This document shows positions 54,801 to 60,800 of a stretch of DNA of 64,000 bases, in pieces. The stretch spans positions 36,420,672-36,484,671 of the forward strand of contig JAHRHZ010000144.1 of NCBI GenBank assembly GCA_024137785.1. The letters are read 5' to 3'. Made by a program: the position numbers and the translations under genes. The notes below the pieces were generated by a model. That model saw nothing but the letters and a program-made list of their open reading frames with translations, was not told the origin of the DNA and ran no database searches. How positions within the stretch are numbered: position 1 is the first letter of the stretch; the number at the start of each line of letters is the position of its first letter. This DNA comes from Ginglymostoma cirratum. Taxonomy: Eukaryota.

Positions 54801-57800
54801 CCTGTCCTGAAGTCACTGACAAAACTAAGAATACAATATCGCTTAAATGGAAACGCCCAGAGAAAGATGGGCATAGCCCAATTCAAGGCTATATTGTTGA
54901 GATGCAAGAGGAGGGTTCACCTGATTGGACAAGAGCATCAGATCCAGATAAACTGCTTCCTAACTGTGAATATGTGGTGCCCAACTTACAGGCACTCAGA
55001 AAGTACAAGTTCCGTATTAAAGCTGTTAATGCTGCAGGAGAATCTGAACCAAGTTTACCAACTTCAGAAATAATTATGAAGGAAATCCTAGGTATGTGCC
55101 TCTAAGTTTAGAATGAAAGAATGTTGGAACCCAATTTTGGAAAGTTAAAGCTAACATATTTTTGATCATAATTTGCAGAGGAACCAGCTGTAACATTGGA
55201 GGTTGGTGCACAAGATCTCCTCAATTGCCTTGCCGGTACACCTTTGAGAATTCCAGCCATTGTCACAGGCCGTCCTACTCCAAAGATTAATTGGGAATTT
55301 GAAGGACAAGCTAAGACAGTGCTGAAGGTATGAAATATTTTAATCGTATGTAGCTATGCATTGTCAGCTGCAAGGCAGGAATCCTTGATGCTATCCAAAT
55401 TCAAGATATCTGTAGGTTCATGAGAAGCTCAAAGGCTGGGCATTCTGTGGTACTAATGCATCACCTGATTTCCCAAAGCCTAAACCTCCATCTACAGGGC
55501 ATAAGTCAAGAATGTGCTGGATCAGTCTCCAATTGCTCAGCTGAGTGCAGCTCTAAGAGCACTCAAAAAATTTCAGCCTCACCCACCCCATCCACCACTT
55601 TCAACATTGATTTTCCCATGCAGCAATGCACAGTGGTAACTGTGTGGTACCACTGTTACCACCTATAGTATGTACTGCATCAATTCACCAAGGTTCCTTC
55701 AACAGCGTCTCTGAAACCCATGACCCAAGCCATCTAGAATGACCAGGACAGTATATACGTAGAAACACTACCATCTGCAAGTTCCCTCCCAGGAAGCACA
55801 CTGCCCTGATTTGGAGCTGTATCCCCATGCCTTTACTGTCACTGGTCAAAATCATAGGACTGCCTCCCTAACATGACTATGAATGTACCAACAACAAATG
55901 GACAGCAGCGGTCCAAGAGGGTGCTTCACTATCACTTCACTATCTCCAGGACAATTAGGACGAGTAATAAATGCTGGCCTAGCCAGTGATGTCCATATCT
56001 TATGAAGTGATTTTTTAAAAGTTGAGTTTAGACCAAAATTAGATCGAAATAAAATGGAACCAATTTACAAGCATGAAACAAATCATTCAGCAATTATCAT
56101 AGTCTTTCCTTAAAAAAAAGGATTTAGCAGATTTTGTAACATTTTATATTTTAATGTTTTGTTTAGGATGAAGTACATAAACTCCCAGCTGATGCCAAGG
56201 TAATAATGTGGACCATAATTCTTTTGAAGTATTGCATTTGAAAGTTTGGAAAGTTAAAGTTGAATTTGCATTTTATTTGCTGTTTATTAATTTATCTTTT
56301 TCTCTTTTGTAGGTCGAAGGTACTGAAACTAAAACAGATGTGCTTATTCCAGCATGTAATAGAAGCCACTCTGGTCGCTACAGCATTACTGCAAAGAACA
56401 AAGCTGGGCAAAAGACAGCGCATGTCAGAGTAAATGTTCTTGGTATGTCACTCTTTTATTAGAATGTATTTGAAAAAGATTCTTTGTAATGGTTTAACGT
56501 GATTATTAAATTTGTTACCATCATGTTTTACAGATATGCCAGGACCACCAAAAGATCTCAAAGTAAGTGACATTACAAGAGGCACTTGCAGGCTTTCATG
56601 GAAACCCCCAGACAATGATGGTGGAGATAGAATTAAGAGTTACGTTGTGGAGAAAAAGACTGTGGAAGGAAAGGCATGGGTCAAAGCTAATGCTGCCTGT
56701 GCAGGCACATCATTTCTTGTGCCTGATCTTATTGAAGGGCAGGAGTACTTCTTCCGTGTCCGCGCAGAAAACCGATTTGGTATTGGTGCACCAGTAGAAA
56801 CGATCCAGAGGACCAAGGCTCGAGATCCAATCCGTAAGTTAATCATTGAAAAACATATCCTTGTCCAATTCAGAGGCAGGAAGATTCATTTTAGTGATTA
56901 TATTTTTCATTTAAAAATTGCTTTCTGACATTTCAGACCCCCCTGAGCCTCCAACAAAACTAAGAGTTGGATTAGTGACTAAGAATTCCGTTTCGCTTAC
57001 TTGGAAGCCACCAAAGACAGATGGAGGGGCTCCAGTAACACACTACATTATTGAAAGTCTTTACTTGGATCCTACTGGAGAAAAGAAGGAAGGCTGGAAG
57101 CAGTGCAATAGGCGAGATGTGGAAGAAACCAAGTTTACCGTGGAAGATCTCATTGAGGGTGGGCAGTATGAATTCCGTGTGAAAGCTGTTAATGAAGCTG
57201 GTGCCAGTAAACCATGTAATTCTGTTGGACCCATTGACGTGAAAGATCAAACATGTAAGTCCCAACAGAAACTGTATCATAACTCACCAATTTAACAATT
57301 GAAAATATTAAATCAAAACCGAACTAAAACATCCTGAATATTCCCTTCTGTAGGTCCACCTGAAATTGATCTTAAGGAATTCTTAGAGGCAGAACAAAAT
57401 ACAGACATCAGCATTGTAGCCAAAGTCAAGGGCACACCATTCCCAACTTTGACATGGTACAAAGCACCTGTCCAAAAGCCAGAGGACAAATCTAAAGTAG
57501 AATATGATCAACATGTCAACAAAATTGTGTCGGAGGATGGTTGCACTCTATTAATTCGTCAGTCCCTCCGAAAGGACACTGGTCTTTACACGCTCACTGC
57601 AACAAACAATTTGGGAACTGCTTCTAAGGAAATGAGACTCAACGTTCTGGGTAATCTTTTGTATAATTTGACTGTTTTGATTTCTAATTTTGACAATCCA
57701 ATGACGTGCATTCCTTTCATTTGCTATACTGAATGTAATTGAGAATATTCATATTTTGACTTATTTTAATACTTAGGTCGTCCTGGTCCTCCAGTTGGTC

Positions 57801-60800
57801 CTATTAAGTTTGAAGGAATAAGTGCTGAAAAGATGACTTTATCATGGCTACCTCCTAAAGATGACGGTGGCTCCAAGATCACCAACTATGTCGTTGAAAA
57901 GAGAGAAGCAAGTAGAAGGACCTGGATTCAGGTTGCCAATGATGTTAAAGAGTGCATCTGCACGGTACCCAAGCTATTGGAAGGACACGAATATGTATTC
58001 CGCATCATGGCTCAGAACAAATACGGTGTTGGTGAACCTCTCGACAGTGAACCAGAAACAGCAAGAAACCTGTTTAGTATGTACTAAGATAAATTTCCTA
58101 CACTAATTGTATATTTTGATATTCCTAACTTACAAATGCATCCATACAATTCCGATCTCCATATTGAATAATAGCCAGCAAAATTGTTTCTTTTGAGTGC
58201 CAAGTTCCTATTTCGTGGTACAAGACTGTTTATGGATTAATAAAATTACTGAAATTAAAACTTATACCAGTTATTGTACAAGCTTTCTAATCCACTAATT
58301 CATTAATGAAAATTATTTAAATTTTGTTCTAGAGTTAATGAATATTTTGGATGTTACATTTTTCACTTCCATTTTCAAAACTATTGTCAGAATATATTGA
58401 TTATTGTAGATTTGGAAAATAATAATGAAATCTATGTGTTTTTTTTTAAAGCTGTACCTGGAGCTTGTGACAAACCAACTGTAAGTAGTGTGACCCACGA
58501 TTCAATGGTAGTCAATTGGGAAGAACCAGAATATGATGGTGGCTCTCCTGTAACTGGCTATTGGTTAGAACGTAAAGAGACCACTGGGAAGAGATGGAAC
58601 AGAGTAAATCGGGATCCAATTAGGATTATGCCTCTTGGAGTTTCCTATAAAGTAACTGGCCTTATCGAAGGCTCAGATTATCAATTCCGTGTGTATGCCA
58701 TCAATGCAGCAGGTGTTGGACCTCCCAGCCCGCCTTCTGACCCAGTGACAGCAAGAGATCCCATAGGTAGGTATTCATTCCTAGTTTGAAGGTTTTCAAA
58801 CATTTATATATGGGAGATATCTGTAAATACTGACAGCTAGTGCAGTCCTTTTCACATTCTCGAGTACCAACTGTTCTAACTTTTGGTACTATTAGCTAAA
58901 TAATGCAGTGCAGAATTGCAAACAATTTTTTTACACGCGTCAAGTATCGGAAACAACATGCAAGCAAGTCGACCAACAAAAATCTAATGACTGAATTCTC
59001 TCATGAACCCCAAGTTTCCAGTTTTAAAACCCATGTTTTATGATGCAGCCAGTTTAACAGCCTGTTTCTGATAGCTTGGTCTAAATGTTAATTTTTTTTT
59101 TTACAGCTCCCCCTGGACCTCCATTCCCTAAGGTGACAGACTGGACAAAGTCAACTGTAGACCTTGAATGGGCTCCACCAAAGAAAGATGGTGGATCCAG
59201 GATTACTGGTTATTTTGTTGAATTTAAAGAGGAAGGAAAGGAAGAATGGGAGAAGGTAAATTTATCAATAATGATTCAGTATATTGAAGCTGATTTCCTG
59301 GTTCCTATTCTCTGCCCTTGCTTGTTGTAGAATTGCAAGAGAAAAATTGAAAAACGGTCTACCAGTTTTGGCCTTAGAGTAACAAACTTTGATGGACTAA
59401 GTCATTAAATGGCTCTGTAACATTTCATTGAAGTTCCTTGCTTTGACGTAAAATGAGGTGTAAATAAACAACTGGAATCACTCAGACCACACTCAGACCT
59501 GCAATGGCAGAACCCTTTTTAGCCTGCCGTCACTTTGTCACCTGACTTTATTACACCCTCCTATATGTTGAGATCCAAACTCAGCACCCACTATGTTGTA
59601 TGTATATGTTACTTTTAAAGGTGTAACATGGTGGGCAACATCTACTGTGTGTATTTAACATTGTCACTTCAACTTGTAGTTGGTCTGCTTTGGGCTTGCA
59701 AGTTGCATGCACAAAATCAGTTGGTTGCTGTAGTACTGTCCTGTTCATAGCTTGAAATATGTTTGACGGTTTCAAGTAAATGCATTCATTGAGTTAATCA
59801 ATCCCTGATGTGTGATTGATTATTAGACCATTGCCATTAACTTGACATGGTGAACAGCAGTAGAAAAGGTTGTGTTGATGAGGTCTATCATGCTTGAACA
59901 GTCATCCAACAAGCTAATCAACAGGTAGAACACATGGCCAATAATCTGAAATTGTGCCAATTATATGAGACAATCCTTGATGAATGTGTTCTTTGGAGAG
60001 TGTTGCAAACAGTCTGTTGCATAGCAGCCAAATCCCTATTGAGAGGCCTATTGAATTCACTTGAGAAAGGCAAGTGATCAGGGTGTGGCCTCGAATGATA
60101 GCAAGTAACAGAAGATTGTCAAAGTGTGCACAAAATCCTCTATATTAAACGAGAGCATAGTAGACCTCCTAGCAAAATTTAACATTTTTAAACAGCATTC
60201 AGAGGTATAGTTTCTAGATAAGCAAGCCAATAGGATTTGCTTAACTTAAAACATCAGGATAATAGCCAAAGAGCTGAAAGATCCCAAAAGATATGGATCG
60301 ACAGTCCATTTAGAATCAGATTAAACTTTCACAGTAATAAACTAGATGCATGTCATTTAGACAGAAGTGTATATAATCTATTGACTAGCTTGTGAGCAGA
60401 TGCAGAGAAAGGGTTCATCAATATGATTTTTCATACTGGAAGCTAGTAAACAGAATTGTTGAGTTGGTGATCACCTTCACCCCATGGAAAATATCCAGAA
60501 AGATTTGATAAACAATTTCAATGAGTATAGCATTGAAGAGTTACCTGAAGTGTAGACATAAGTACAAAATGATCATCTCAGGTTGACAAAGCTGTGTAAA
60601 TACAAACTCAATAGTTGACACAATCACTAGGAAAGCAACCAACCACCAAAGCAGCAATGGAACAAGTCCAGGCTTCAAAGAAAACAGAAAGGAAAATGTA
60701 GTTGTAGTCGTGGCTGGTGCAATTTATGGAGGAGAAAGTTTATTAGACCAACAGAAAGCTATAGATTTAATTGAATTAAAAGAATCCAGAATCCAAAAAT

